Shown here in pieces: positions 22,201 through 30,969 of a stretch of 64,000 nucleotides of DNA (position 1 is the first letter of the stretch; the number at the start of each line of letters is the position of its first letter). The stretch spans positions 1,696,001 through 1,760,000 of the forward strand of contig OY821645.1 in assembly GCA_963682135.1 (NCBI GenBank), written 5' to 3'. Source of the stretch: Methanothrix sp. Lineage in GTDB: Archaea > Halobacteriota > Methanosarcinia > Methanotrichales > Methanotrichaceae. Position numbers and translations under genes: made by a program. The notes under the pieces were generated by a model, which saw nothing but the letters and a program-made list of their open reading frames with translations, ran no database searches and had not been told where the DNA came from.

Positions 22201-22981
22201 TCCCGTCGCTGGCGGTAACAGTCACCTGGTAGACTCCCGGCGCGCTGTACTGCCTTGATGGATTTTGCTGTGTGCTGGTAGATCCATCTCCTAAGTCCCA
22301 GTTGTAAGTGTAGGTTCCGGACCCGCCTGTGACCTGGCTTGTGAACTGGATGGGCTGACAGCTCTGGGGCGCGCAGATGCACTGGGGTGAGTTGCTGGTA
22401 AAGGCTGCCACAAGAGGAGTCTTGACGTTCAGGAGCGGCGTGCACCAGCTCTGTCCTGGGGGATGGCAGTTCTTGACGATGTCGCAGGTGCTTTCGCTTG
22501 GCGATGTGGACCAGGTGAGGATGATGTTCTTCAGATCCACGCTCTGGCCGCAGGTCCAGGAGAGGGGAATTTCAACCTTAATGGTCTGGCGTCCGCCAAT
22601 GGAGGGAGTTATGCAAGTGAATGTTCTCGGCTGGTCGACTCCATTCAGGGAGAGGGTATAGATCATGTAGATATTGTATCTGGAAGTTGCGGCTTGGTTA
22701 TACACTGTCAGAGCCAGGTAGGCACTGGCAGGATTGCCAGGCTCGCAGAAGCGGCAGGGCAGGTCGTTTCCGTTCTGGTCGGATATCTGCGCTCCGGTAA
22801 CCTCCACGTCCTCGGCGCTGCACTGGTAGTCGCAGTCCAGGGGAAAGGGGCTCACTGCCCCCAAGGCTGAAGGAATAATAAGCAAAGCAATTATTAAATT
22901 TATAATTACCACTTTTTTAAGATTTTTTACCTCTTTCAATATCTTGAAGTCAGTGGATCGGATGCAATCTACATCAAACAT
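16289..22981 (-). CDS. Giant secreted surface protein: 3 PKD domains, ~13 Cys-paired Ig-like repeats and DUF11-like domains
   Basis: Signal peptide; PKD motifs WDLGDG/WNFGDG/WDYGDG; ~98-aa repeats beginning (D/E)CxxP with PCxG; DUF11-like PGGTITYTINYRN. Exact start codon uncertain. Confidence 0.88.
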   Translation of the reverse strand: MFDVDCIRSTDFKILKEVKNLKKVVIINLIIALLIIPSALGAVSPFPLDCDYQCSAEDVEVTGAQISDQNGNDLPCRFCEPGNPASAYLALTVYNQAATSRYNIYMIYTLSLNGVDQPRTFTCITPSIGGRQTIKVEIPLSWTCGQSVDLKNIILTWSTSPSESTCDIVKNCHPPGQSWCTPLLNVKTPLVAAFTSNSPQCICAPQSCQPIQFTSQVTGGSGTYTYNWDLGDGSTSTQQNPSRQYSAPGVYQVTVTASDGKCSDSHSGQVLIYPAPIASFTTLPTIPAICLGSDLKFIDTSTPGTAVGITPASLVKWEWNFGDGSAHSLDQNPVHRYLSAGTYQVTLKVTDSHGCTASVTSSVQVYANPVPTFTVDSPTLCFRPEMLTQFHGQATQGLAPYTFAWDYGDGSTGTGPNPTHQYTNFGTYNVKLTVTDNHGCTGTTTAPVTIVDCDPPGIDDVTVFSGPICSDLEQVVNAHVVDYVGVTSVTLNYQVNGGAVIQKAMTFVAGSGSVKDGQWTVEVPGQAAGSTLTYWITAYDGTFTSQSAHYAISFIDCTPPAITSVKASTFQPCAGSDVFITAHATAGPGVASVTIDYDGSSHLMSGPAESSSGDWTYSIPGSGKAAGDSLTFTISATDALDRVVHSSSFTITWRDCTPPEIISVVPSDLSPCPPADVTITAVITDDVGVASAILTFEGIDHPMSGPSPSGEWTATIPGAGRSAGSSVEYSVTAFDAAENSATSAVYKITWRDCGAPEIESIDLSIDSPCGGEAVTITASIIDNTGVTSATIYIDGVPFSMTGPAGPGDWLFTIAGKSTGQSVSCYISAKDGEGNTATSATFTITWRDCIAPVVGSPVLEPASPCAGEDVFVKVHITDNVGVTSATITYEGTSHQMSGPIGPANDGDWTATIIGAGRKAGDSLSYSITAEDAAENAATPVAGSITWRDCTPPVVQSVTPSSSTPCAGTDVIITAHVTDDVGVASVDLYYDSAPYAMSGPVGSKEGDWTYTIVGRPAGASLSYTVTASDGSNPSSPVSGAILWKECESPDLTGPDILSVTPSTESPCGGTDVLITAHLKDDNGVASAELVYDGSAHPMSGVAGSLDGYWTANIIGAGMPPGSSLSYTVRALDTLGNPTVSGEFTITWRDCSHPEIGSIALSPQQPCAGDDVTITVQITDNIGVTSATLNAEGTDYPMTGPSPSGEWTATVPGAGIPAGYVLTFSISATDAAGNKATPATGQIHWRDCSAPEIQSVIPSNSQPCAGEDVTVTAHILDDHGVASAILNFDSSAIPMSGPVGSTSGDWTATITGLAMQAGQTVTYSVTAKDSSGGTSVSESGTISWQDCTPPQISEISPGDYKDCESDGDLQITARIAATAGVVSARIIFEEEGQPGVYEVDMVRQGSDPKDSIWSGTISKRKVRTITYYITASTGKYTANSQSHRAVFEECDEPELIDHEITAPCAGNDAQISFTIRDADQDFYRAAITYEGKEYPLHLLGPDPYPIEGTWIGSIPGSGRQAGETLSISLNGYTLDTLGPNPPEGLGQFTVTWLDCRPGITLVSPGSAEVCAGKDQAISARATGAVGILSMVLHYADSTGQYETSMQFDPGSSLWTGLIPDHPAGSVVEYYIEATSSNGDISRMPQEGSYRLTWLDCNPGILSVTPGTIGVCSGNDQIIRARATSPVGISSVMLQYTDSAGQSFETNMVMDEGADPKDASWSALIPAYPLGSTVDYYIVATSSNGGVSKMPQRDSYRLTWVICKTELNKTASSSVVAPGGTITYTINYRNGDSNGISDVVITENYPAGTIFIYASPPPDSGTDNRWTIGYLPAGASGTITIAVRAPDEAKIKFFMEQSAKGLGFVRTYKDLNTGREPQVLTNQVSMTGRGFSGQFAVSKVTISGEAGTKLAMRESGSGSYEREEELRYLRENRSIKDASNLSVSYQATDFQLPGKESIDYNSKWTDRQKAKNYVTSESMEESYRYATKINKESQIEMDRNGTNMTADSEFEGMRHAGYFKASKPDDKGHVSTLMEMSSDYAGSFRVKERLGATYSNRSNAITTVKHYEMPHITIYQRSEIDNTDENNINYTISILNDGNRTLGPIYLMDLFPAGMSFFDASAHPSEEVLLDADHANWTFTSLPIGRSLTLYLRLMRYVVLEPPVNWVFVKAGHDGTWITVNNSTLSNLNWLSSKPTGKATGIQQKTITGDWSPPDWGLDQSPDICASCAYSPPP

Positions 22982-23116
22982 GCTACATTCACCTTTCCAA
23001 TCTAGTTCACTTCGATTAGGTATGAATGATTATTAGATATAAACGATCCCGTTGATCATAAAAATTATGAATTATTTTTTAAAATTTTAAAAAAGTAAAT
23101 TATTACCCTGTAATAA

Positions 23117-24292
23117 TTACCTTACCATCATTCCCACCAGCTCTGTTGCCTCCACCAGCCCGTATCCGCCCCGCTTCGCTGCCATCTCATCAAAGCTCTC
23201 CACCCCATCCGGCTCAATTCCCTTGCCAGCGATGGTGAAGGGCACAGGATCGCGGCTGTGCGTCTTGATGGAGATGGGCGTGGCATGGTCGGGCAGGAGG
23301 AGCACGCGCCAGTCCTCGCCGCTCTTCTCCAGCCCTTCTACTATTGGACCGACGACCTGTTCATCGAAGAGCTCAATGGCTCTTGTCTTCAGCTCGGTGT
23401 TGCCTTCGTGGCCTGCTTCATCCGGGGCTTCGATATGCAGATAGACGAAGTCGCAGCTCTTCAAGGCCTGCAACGCAGCGGCCACCTTTCCTTCATAGTT
23501 GGTATCGATGGTGCCTGTGGCGCCTGCCACGTCTATGACCTCCAGCCCGGCGTATCTGCCGATGCCTTTGAGCAGGTCTACGGCGCTGATCATGGCACCT
23601 TTTTTGCCGTACTTTTCCGCGAAAGAGGGCATGACCGGAGCTGGCCCCTGTCCCCAGAGCCAGATGGCATTGGCGGGGCGCTTTCCGGCGGCGATGCGCT
23701 TTTCGTTAACGGGATGGCGGGCCAGAACGGGCTGGGCAGTCTGCATGAGCCGGATAAGCAGTTCTGCATCCGGGCCGCGAGGCAGGTGCTCTGCCACCGG
23801 CTGGTCGCTGATGTCGTGTGGCGGGGTGCAAAGCGCCTTCGCCCCGGCCCGCAAGACGAGCAGATTTCTGTAGCTTACGCCGGCGTAGAGCCGACGTTGC
23901 GGCATGAGTGGCTGCAAGGCCTCGATCAGCTCTTGGCCCTCCTCAGTGGAGATGTGCCCGGCGCTGTAGTCCGACATGACGCCGTTCTCAATTGTCACAA
24001 AATTGCAGCGAAAAGCGATATCGCCTTCGGCAAGCACGACGCCCATGGCCGCCGCCTCCAGAGGTGCGCGACCGGAGTAGCACAGGCTGGGCGAATAGCC
24101 CATGACGGAAAGGTTGGCTACATCGCTTCCCGGCGGAAAACCTTGCGGAACGGTCTGGGCCAGACCACTGCGGCCCAGCCGCGCCAGCCGGTCCATGTTG
24201 GGCTTTTTGGCTGCCTGCAAGGGCGTCTTGCCCTGCAACTGTGCCAGCGGCAGGTCTGCCATGCCGTCGCCTAAGAGAACTACGAGCTTCAT
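23117..24292 (-). CDS. apgM: 2,3-bisphosphoglycerate-independent phosphoglycerate mutase (archaeal type)
   Basis: MKLVVLLGDGMAD, PGSDVAN, GRAPLEAA, HIEAPDEAGHEG, PDHATP, THSRDPVP. Confidence 0.93.
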   Translation of the reverse strand: MKLVVLLGDGMADLPLAQLQGKTPLQAAKKPNMDRLARLGRSGLAQTVPQGFPPGSDVANLSVMGYSPSLCYSGRAPLEAAAMGVVLAEGDIAFRCNFVTIENGVMSDYSAGHISTEEGQELIEALQPLMPQRRLYAGVSYRNLLVLRAGAKALCTPPHDISDQPVAEHLPRGPDAELLIRLMQTAQPVLARHPVNEKRIAAGKRPANAIWLWGQGPAPVMPSFAEKYGKKGAMISAVDLLKGIGRYAGLEVIDVAGATGTIDTNYEGKVAAALQALKSCDFVYLHIEAPDEAGHEGNTELKTRAIELFDEQVVGPIVEGLEKSGEDWRVLLLPDHATPISIKTHSRDPVPFTIAGKGIEPDGVESFDEMAAKRGGYGLVEATELVGMMVR

Positions 24293-24322
24293 CTGGGATA
24301 CCATCGGGAAAATAGTATTAAT

Positions 24323-24351
24323 TGTCTTCGTCCCGATCGGGAGCGAAGACA
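24323..24351. repeat. Inverted repeat between the telA operon and apgM
   Basis: TGTCTTCGTCCCG-AT-CGGGAGCGAAGACA, a 13-bp stem with one bulge. Confidence 0.6.
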
Positions 24352-24444
24352 GGACGATTGAGAAGGCCATTTCCGCGAGGAAAACGGCCGATAGGCTGCT
24401 GCGGACATCACCCGTAGCCAGAAGGCTGCATTTCCAATCGACCT

Positions 24445-25638
24445 TCAGCCGCCGGAGATCATCTCTCTCGATACTTTTGCCCCTTTGTTTTCACACAAAG
24501 CATTATTGCCTTTCTCCATTTCCTGAACCTGTTTTTCTCCATTGGTGACAAGATCAATCAACTTTATAATTTCCGCCTTAATTTTCGGCTGAACTTTCTC
24601 CTTATAATTGCTGATTTCATCCAACTCCTCCATAACATTGGCATAGGCTATTATCAGCGTATCTACTGTGATATCACCCTTCTCTAATCGTTCCTGAATA
24701 GCATTCCCTTGGTCTTTTATTTTTACCGAGTTGTCTATGATGATACGATTGGTGAGGTCATCGACCTGGTTAAGTAAGTCTATGATAATATTTTGCCTGT
24801 AAAGAGCACTTGCAATCATCACTGCGGTCTTCAAAGCGGAGATCGTTACAATCTGGGCTCTTTCTACTCCACGAATCAGTTCCTTGTTATTTCTGCGTAC
24901 AATCTCTATCGAAATCATTGCCTGCTGATTGACTGCGATCATCTGCAGCATATCCTTAATCTTCTGCCGCAGCGGAAGGAGGATTTCTTCCTTGATATAT
25001 CTAATTTTTTCCGGATCTTCATTCCTGTCGCTTGCCGCTTCGATTTGCTCTTCAATCACCTCGGCCATCCTGGTGCCTAGTTGGACCTCTTTATGCAGCT
25101 TTTTGGTTAGAGTTCGAATCACCTTCTGTTCAGATACCAGAGTTTTATTATCGTCTTCCAGACCCTTTTTTCCTCTCTCCAATTTGTAAAAGATCTTTTT
25201 GATCACAGGATCTGCTTTTTCGTACTTGTCAAAATATATCCTGACCGGGTCGATCAACTTATTTATAATGCTGTCACGGCGGCGGAAATCTATCCTGCTG
25301 GGGTCAAGCTTTCTCAATACCTGCTGCAATTCACCTATACCTTTAACCACGTCACCTTCATCCTGGCCGTCTCTGGACAGATTCACGATCTTTATCTTCA
25401 GAAACGAATTGGGCGCTGTTTTGGCAGCCGAGGTTTTCATCGAGTCTTTGCCAAAAGACTCGATTTGTCTGATCTCAGGGCTTTCGATAAGTTCATCGAT
25501 ACCCTTTTTCATAATTTCCTCAGCATTTATTTCCCCCTGAGCCTGAAGCGGGGCGAGTTCCTCGGACACCGGTTTTGCCTGTTCCTGAATTTCTTTTTTA
25601 ATCTCCGCTTCATCGGGAACTTGCATTGTAAAGGCCAT
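24445..25638 (-). CDS. Toxic anion resistance protein, TelA family
   Basis: LDPSRIDF, YFDKYEKA, LEDDNKTL, LRQKIKD, IEIVRRNNKELIRGVERA, TISALKTAV; coiled-coil. Confidence 0.88.
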   Translation of the reverse strand: MAFTMQVPDEAEIKKEIQEQAKPVSEELAPLQAQGEINAEEIMKKGIDELIESPEIRQIESFGKDSMKTSAAKTAPNSFLKIKIVNLSRDGQDEGDVVKGIGELQQVLRKLDPSRIDFRRRDSIINKLIDPVRIYFDKYEKADPVIKKIFYKLERGKKGLEDDNKTLVSEQKVIRTLTKKLHKEVQLGTRMAEVIEEQIEAASDRNEDPEKIRYIKEEILLPLRQKIKDMLQMIAVNQQAMISIEIVRRNNKELIRGVERAQIVTISALKTAVMIASALYRQNIIIDLLNQVDDLTNRIIIDNSVKIKDQGNAIQERLEKGDITVDTLIIAYANVMEELDEISNYKEKVQPKIKAEIIKLIDLVTNGEKQVQEMEKGNNALCENKGAKVSREMISGG

Positions 25639-25658
25639 TTCTTTAACACCTCTCGTGA

Positions 25659-27362
25659 TTACAGCACTGTAGTAAACAACTGGTTCATTTTGTAGATAAC
25701 ATCCTCGCTATCGGCATCGATGCAGCTACCCTCGGGTTTGGAGATCTCTTTTAATTTCGGAATATTTGCATTATACCCGATTACGGTTATGGGCACTCCA
25801 AGTTCTTGTTTGATTCCTATGATGTCCTCCAGCGAATGGCCCGTATTCTGTTCGCCATCGCTGAGAAGGATAATCCTCGGTTTCAGATGAGGATTTGCAT
25901 TGGGTCCAGCCGCCTTCTGATCTATGAGCATCTTCATGGCGACTGCAATTGCATCATAGGTTGACGTGCTGGATATTGGCTGCCAATCTCTAACTGCTCC
26001 GACAAAATAGGACATGTTGTTCAAATCGAATTTGGAAATCGGCAGATCGATATAGACATCGTTGGAGAATGATACCAAGCCGATCATGTTGTTTTTGCCG
26101 ATCTTATTTTGACCCAGGAGCAATGAACGTTTCAAATTATTCAGCGGTTCGCCGTCCATGCTTTCAGAGACATCGGCCACAAAAACTGCGCAGATAGGCA
26201 TGGGATCTTTAATATCCTTCCATACTTTTTCGGCCCGGATGATCACATCGCCGCTGACGGCAGACGCATTGGATTGGTATTCATTAAGGCCATTGAAGCC
26301 ATATTCGGTAGCCAGCTTCTGGTACTTCTCTTGCTGTGAGAACTCCACAAACTTATTCAGAATTTTCATTTTCTCTGCAGATAGTTCGCCTATCGCATAC
26401 ATAGGGCTGTCATGTCTGATGCCAAAGGGAATAAATTCATAGGACCTCATTTCCGGATCGTTTATGTATGTCTGGTATTCCAGGATTAGGCCGTCCAGAT
26501 CACATGATTTGGCATCATCTTTCAATTGCTGAGTAGTAAGGGCGATCACGGGAATATTGGCCTGAAAACTCTTAAATCCTGCTAATGCACTATCGCTAAA
26601 TAAGTTGCTGCTGTTAAATGTCTGCAAAGCTGAAATCAAGAAGTTCAGCCCTGTGGAGCTGGTCAAGGGATCGGTGTATCCCATCTGCATTTCGTTGTTC
26701 GCGACGGCATCGATGATAGTCTTGATATTGACTGCCCCGTATTTGGCTGTCAGCTCTTCCTTTTTCGCTTTGGTGATCAGTATGCCTGCCACATTGCCGA
26801 CAAGTCTCTCTTGCACTAACTGCGCTTTTTTCCCGTGGGAGGCAATCATTTCGCCCCAGAGTTCATTGGAGGGCGTATAGGCATCCGGCAGATAATTGTC
26901 AGAAATAATATAATCGGCACCTTGGCCGGAAGCGATGGACCTGAGCGTTACCGATGCCTTCTTACCGTCAATCATTATTGCCGCATTATTGAAGTCCCTG
27001 GCCGCTTCTGCAAGCCAGCCATTAGTACCGCTGCCTGCTTTTTCCGGTGAAGAGAATATTTCGATGCAATAGGATGTGCTACCGTTCACTTGCGGAGGAT
27101 ATTTGGAAATATCAGGCAGGATGTCTGCATCCCCGGGTGCAACTATAACCGTGCCCTTGCTATGATTGACTCCGATCACATTGACGTTTGAGATGATTTT
27201 ATACAGTGATTTGGTTTGTATATCGGGATCATTTGGACCTGTCTTTTCACCATCATCATGCCCAAAATACCAGACTATGATAAATACCACAACGGCCGCT
27301 CCAATTATTTTCAGAATTACATTTTTATCACGATCGTTTAGCATATTGATTTCCCTTCCCAT
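25659..27362 (-). CDS. Membrane-anchored solute-binding protein fused to a C-terminal vWA domain
   Basis: N-terminal TM; SBP-like SSPEKAG...SIASG...YTDPLTSSTG; vWA MIDAS VADVSESM, TYDAI, LLSDG. Confidence 0.85.
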   Translation of the reverse strand: MGREINMLNDRDKNVILKIIGAAVVVFIIVWYFGHDDGEKTGPNDPDIQTKSLYKIISNVNVIGVNHSKGTVIVAPGDADILPDISKYPPQVNGSTSYCIEIFSSPEKAGSGTNGWLAEAARDFNNAAIMIDGKKASVTLRSIASGQGADYIISDNYLPDAYTPSNELWGEMIASHGKKAQLVQERLVGNVAGILITKAKKEELTAKYGAVNIKTIIDAVANNEMQMGYTDPLTSSTGLNFLISALQTFNSSNLFSDSALAGFKSFQANIPVIALTTQQLKDDAKSCDLDGLILEYQTYINDPEMRSYEFIPFGIRHDSPMYAIGELSAEKMKILNKFVEFSQQEKYQKLATEYGFNGLNEYQSNASAVSGDVIIRAEKVWKDIKDPMPICAVFVADVSESMDGEPLNNLKRSLLLGQNKIGKNNMIGLVSFSNDVYIDLPISKFDLNNMSYFVGAVRDWQPISSTSTYDAIAVAMKMLIDQKAAGPNANPHLKPRIILLSDGEQNTGHSLEDIIGIKQELGVPITVIGYNANIPKLKEISKPEGSCIDADSEDVIYKMNQLFTTVL

Positions 27363-28202
27363 TCACTTTCGATATATGTCTCCAAACTGATCGATCAGTT
27401 CTTTGAAATCCTCGACCATCTGGTCCCATTTGACGCTATCCGGGCAATCCACGTTTGAGATCTCAAGCAGCATCTCATCAAGCATCAGCAGGATTTGTTC
27501 GTTAAATTCAATGGCAGACTTAATAGACGTTATGTATTTATTAAGGACTTCTTTTCTTTTTTTATTAGAATTGTTCTCCGGACCGATTTCTCCAGAATTA
27601 AGTGTATCGTCTTTCTTATCGGCTAATTCGATATCAAATGAATCTAATCTAATGATAATCGTCTGGATATTCCTATAGAATGCATTAATTAATATAGCAA
27701 CTCCTGATAAATATTTTTTTAATGTTATCTTTGAAGGACCGAATTCCTGCTCAAGGAGTTCTTGGGTGGTTTTATTTTTTTTCTGCAGCCGAGCAATCTG
27801 ATTGATCGCCTGGGTGATGTCTTCTTTGAAGATCTCTATCTCAAAATGACTGTTCAATGCTTCAATATAGTCTTCAGGAGTTTGCAATAATTTTTCAGAC
27901 GGCATCTGAAATGATTCTTCCGGTTCGGCAAAGAGCCTGTAATTGCCGTAAATTACCCCCACGACACTCAAGAAGATGATTGTGACGCCAAAGGGGGTTG
28001 CCAATGCACCTCCCCCAATCCACCCCAGCTTTAAGGTAATTATGTCGGCGGCGGCAATTCCTAAATTCAGGCCCAATATCTTAATCTGTTTTTTCCTGTC
28101 CGGGTTGTCGCGAAGCTTATCTGCGGCGGACAACAGCGTGGCCTCGATGACCTGGATTGCCCCATTGCTCTCTGAATTATTGCTGCTTTCGCCTCTCGCC
28201 AT
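27363..28202 (-). CDS. Two-TM plus helical membrane protein (XpaC-like partner of TelA)
   Basis: Two hydrophobic helices followed by a helical region (NEQILLMLDEMLLE); translationally adjacent to the vWA and telA genes. Confidence 0.65.
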   Translation of the reverse strand: MARGESSNNSESNGAIQVIEATLLSAADKLRDNPDRKKQIKILGLNLGIAAADIITLKLGWIGGGALATPFGVTIIFLSVVGVIYGNYRLFAEPEESFQMPSEKLLQTPEDYIEALNSHFEIEIFKEDITQAINQIARLQKKNKTTQELLEQEFGPSKITLKKYLSGVAILINAFYRNIQTIIIRLDSFDIELADKKDDTLNSGEIGPENNSNKKRKEVLNKYITSIKSAIEFNEQILLMLDEMLLEISNVDCPDSVKWDQMVEDFKELIDQFGDIYRK

Positions 28203-28296
28203 CGCCCACTCCTTGATGATGAGAGGCTATCATTAGATTACCTGGCGAAATAGTTTTTGGATGATTCTAGATCCCACGATCGCCGACCAATGGTCA

Positions 28297-28947
28297 CTAT
28301 TTCTTCTTTTTCTGGACCTCTTTTGCCTCAAGGGCGTTGATCTCTGCCAGATGCTTGTTCAAGACCTTGGCCAGCGTGTTGAGCTTGACTCTGGTACAGG
28401 TAGCACCGCGAGTTATGCCGGTTACGATATCCACTACCTCGCCTTTGGTCTCTGTCTTCTGATAGGCCGGTTTGACCGCGCGCGTCTTGATGCCTTCCTT
28501 GGCAAAATCCTCCATATCCATGGGGCACTGGGCCACTACCACCACGGGAATATCAATCTGAGACAAAACCTCCTTGGCCTTGTGGATGACGTGCGAGCGC
28601 ACATTGCCCAGATGCAAAACGGCGATCTTATGGCGCGCTACCTGTTCCAGCTCCCTCTCGTTCAGCCCGAAGGTGGGGCCGTAGCCTCGCGAAGCCTGGG
28701 GAAAGCTTTCCGGAACGCCCGTGCCGGCCTCCAAAACCAGTACGCTGGTCTGAATTCCCTCCCTCCTAAGCCCATAGGTCATCTCGCAAACGGGTTTGGT
28801 GATATGTCGCCTTCCCGGAGACATGGCTATGGCGATCACATCCGGCTTTGTAGCCTCGGAGAGCGTGCCCCTCTGGGCCAGCCCGCCACCCTTGGCCAGG
28901 CCCATGCTCTCCCGGCAATCGACCACCTGAGTTGCCCTGCCAATCAT
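28297..28947 (-). CDS. mcrC: Methyl-coenzyme M reductase operon protein C
   Basis: MIGRATQVVDCRESMGLAKGGGLAQRGTLSE, MSPGRRHITKPVCE. Confidence 0.95.
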   Translation of the reverse strand: MIGRATQVVDCRESMGLAKGGGLAQRGTLSEATKPDVIAIAMSPGRRHITKPVCEMTYGLRREGIQTSVLVLEAGTGVPESFPQASRGYGPTFGLNERELEQVARHKIAVLHLGNVRSHVIHKAKEVLSQIDIPVVVVAQCPMDMEDFAKEGIKTRAVKPAYQKTETKGEVVDIVTGITRGATCTRVKLNTLAKVLNKHLAEINALEAKEVQKKKK

Positions 28948-29068
28948 GCTGCTTATTTGCGGTGGGATGGAATATAGACTTGACGAAAGACCTGACGAAA
29001 TATCTGACAAATAGACCGCAGGGAGGTTAATTAGGAGCGTTTTTAAACTAGTGCGATGAGAAACAGAT

Positions 29069-29872
29069 ATGCTAATCTTCATTGGTCTGGGGCTCTACGA
29101 CGAGCGGGACATCTCGGTCAAAGGCCTTGATGCGGTTCGCGGCGCAGATCTGGTTTGTGCTGAGTTTTACACCTCCCGGCTGATGGGGGCGTCTTTTGAG
29201 ACGCTGGAGGCATTTTATGGCCGCAAGATCGTTCTTCTCTCCCGCCAGCAGGTGGAGGTGGACCCTGCCTGGATGGATGATGCCCTGGATAAGGACGTGG
29301 CCTTCCTGGTGGGGGGCGACGCCATGGTCTCCACCACTCATCTGGACCTGCGGCTGCGAGCTGCTAAGATGGGCATTAAGACGCGGGTGATTCACTCCTC
29401 TTCCATTGTCACTGCCGTATCGGGACTGTGCGGCTTGCAAAACTACCGTTTCGGTAGATCCACTACCATCCCCTTTCCCTATATCTCACGGGGCAAGCGC
29501 ATAATTCCCCAGACGCCCTACCAGGTATTGACTGAGAACCTGGACCGCAATTTGCATACCATGCTCTTTCTGGATATCCAGAGCGATTCCTCTGAAAGAT
29601 TTATGACGGTAAATGAAGGCGCAGCGCTTCTCCTGGAGATGCAGGAGGCTGCAGGAGGGCGCCACCTGGAAGGAGTTTTGGGGATAGGCATTGCCCGAGC
29701 CGGGTCGGATAACGCCACGGTGAAGGCGGATCTTCTACCCCGTCTGCAAAGCTATGACTTTGGCGGACCCTTGCATATTCTGATCGTCCCCGCCAAGCTG
29801 CACTTCATGGAGGCGCAGGCCTTAACGGTACTGGCAGGTGCGCCTGAAGATGCCATAAAATGCGTAGACTGA
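29069..29872 (+). CDS. dph5: Diphthine synthase
   Basis: [57 protein letters not shown]. Confidence 0.95.
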   Translation: MLIFIGLGLYDERDISVKGLDAVRGADLVCAEFYTSRLMGASFETLEAFYGRKIVLLSRQQVEVDPAWMDDALDKDVAFLVGGDAMVSTTHLDLRLRAAKMGIKTRVIHSSSIVTAVSGLCGLQNYRFGRSTTIPFPYISRGKRIIPQTPYQVLTENLDRNLHTMLFLDIQSDSSERFMTVNEGAALLLEMQEAAGGRHLEGVLGIGIARAGSDNATVKADLLPRLQSYDFGGPLHILIVPAKLHFMEAQALTVLAGAPEDAIKCVD

Positions 29873-29941
29873 AAAGCTATTAATATCAAAGATGCTGGAT
29901 CAATTTGATGAAATTAATAGACGCAGGGGGCGTGCCCAGGA

Positions 29942-30289
29942 ATGAAGCTCGGACTTATCACTGAGTTTGATGCTGCTCACAGCCTGCCCGGCTACCAGGG
30001 CAAGTGCGCCAATCTGCACGGCCATACCTACCAGGTGGAGATTGTGGTGGAGGGGGATGTGGGCGAGGACGGCTTTGTCATGGATTTTTATAAGCTTAAA
30101 AAAATCATTGCAGGAGCACTTGAGGATCTGGACCACAGCTACCTGAATAATATTTTGCCGAATCCTACGGCAGAGACGATCGCCCAGTGGATCTCGGATC
30201 GGCTGAAAAGAGATATGGTGGGCACTGCCGTTCGGCTGCTTTCCTTGAAACTCTGGGAAGGAAAGAACAAATGGGTGATGATCGACTGA
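29942..30289 (+). CDS. queD: 6-carboxy-5,6,7,8-tetrahydropterin synthase
   Basis: FDAAHSL, CANLHGHTY, LDHSYLN, NPTAE. Confidence 0.93.
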   Translation: MKLGLITEFDAAHSLPGYQGKCANLHGHTYQVEIVVEGDVGEDGFVMDFYKLKKIIAGALEDLDHSYLNNILPNPTAETIAQWISDRLKRDMVGTAVRLLSLKLWEGKNKWVMID

Positions 30290-30691
30290 TTATTGGGTCG
30301 CGGTCAGATCCCAGGATTTGCAGGCTTCTGGATTCTCCTTCAGCTCCTTCATCCGGGCAGCTGCCTGCTCCTCATAGTACTTTTTATATTTCTCTTCTTT
30401 CTCGTGGCCGCTCCACGCCGCCAATTTTTTGTCCAGGGCTTCGAACATAAATTTTTCAGCGGCCTTAACCGTTTCCAGGTCTCCTCTGAGAACCAGTATC
30501 TCTCTGTCCATTACTTCTCCCGTCATCTCCATCTTGCCCGGACGGCGGATAAGGTCCAGTTCGAAATTTTCCACTATCTCGCGGATTACTGTGACCGGCA
30601 TGCTCAGGGGGATCGCCAGGTCATAAAGCCCTTTCAAATCTTCAGCATTTTCTTTTTGGGGGGAGTTCATGTTTTCCATAATGAAAATCAT
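30290..30691 (-). CDS. Hypothetical protein
   Basis: 133-aa ORF with protein-like charged composition, convergent on queD. Confidence 0.7.
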   Translation of the reverse strand: MIFIMENMNSPQKENAEDLKGLYDLAIPLSMPVTVIREIVENFELDLIRRPGKMEMTGEVMDREILVLRGDLETVKAAEKFMFEALDKKLAAWSGHEKEEKYKKYYEEQAAARMKELKENPEACKSWDLTATQ

Positions 30692-30845
30692 TCTTGCCTT
30701 GATTTAAGGCTGTCGAAGAGCTGCGCTATGCGTTGACGCAGAGTAGCAGGATTGGACCTGTTGTTGTCTTTTTAGCCGAAAAAATGGTACCTTCACCCCT
30801 CTTAGGTTTTCCGTCTCAATATTGATCCGCAGGCCCTTGGAAGGG

Positions 30846-30860
30846 AAACAGTTATTAATG
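30846..30860 (+). promoter_or_regulatory. Putative BRE/TATA promoter of tRNA-Ile
   Basis: AAACAG-TTATTAA about 30 nt upstream of the tRNA 5' end. Confidence 0.5.
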
Positions 30861-30885
30861 GGATCATCAATGCAGAGTGCGGATC

Positions 30886-30959
30886 GGGCCCGTAGCTTAG
30901 CCAGGTTGAGCGCACGGCTGATAACCGTGAGGTCACGCGTTCAAATCGCGTCGGGCCCA
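30886..30959 (+). tRNA. tRNA-Ile(GAT)
   Basis: GGGCCCG/CGGGCCC acceptor stem; anticodon arm CACGG-CTGATAA-CCGTG; T-loop GTTCAAATC. Confidence 0.95.
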
Positions 30960-30969
30960 TTTTCTTAAT

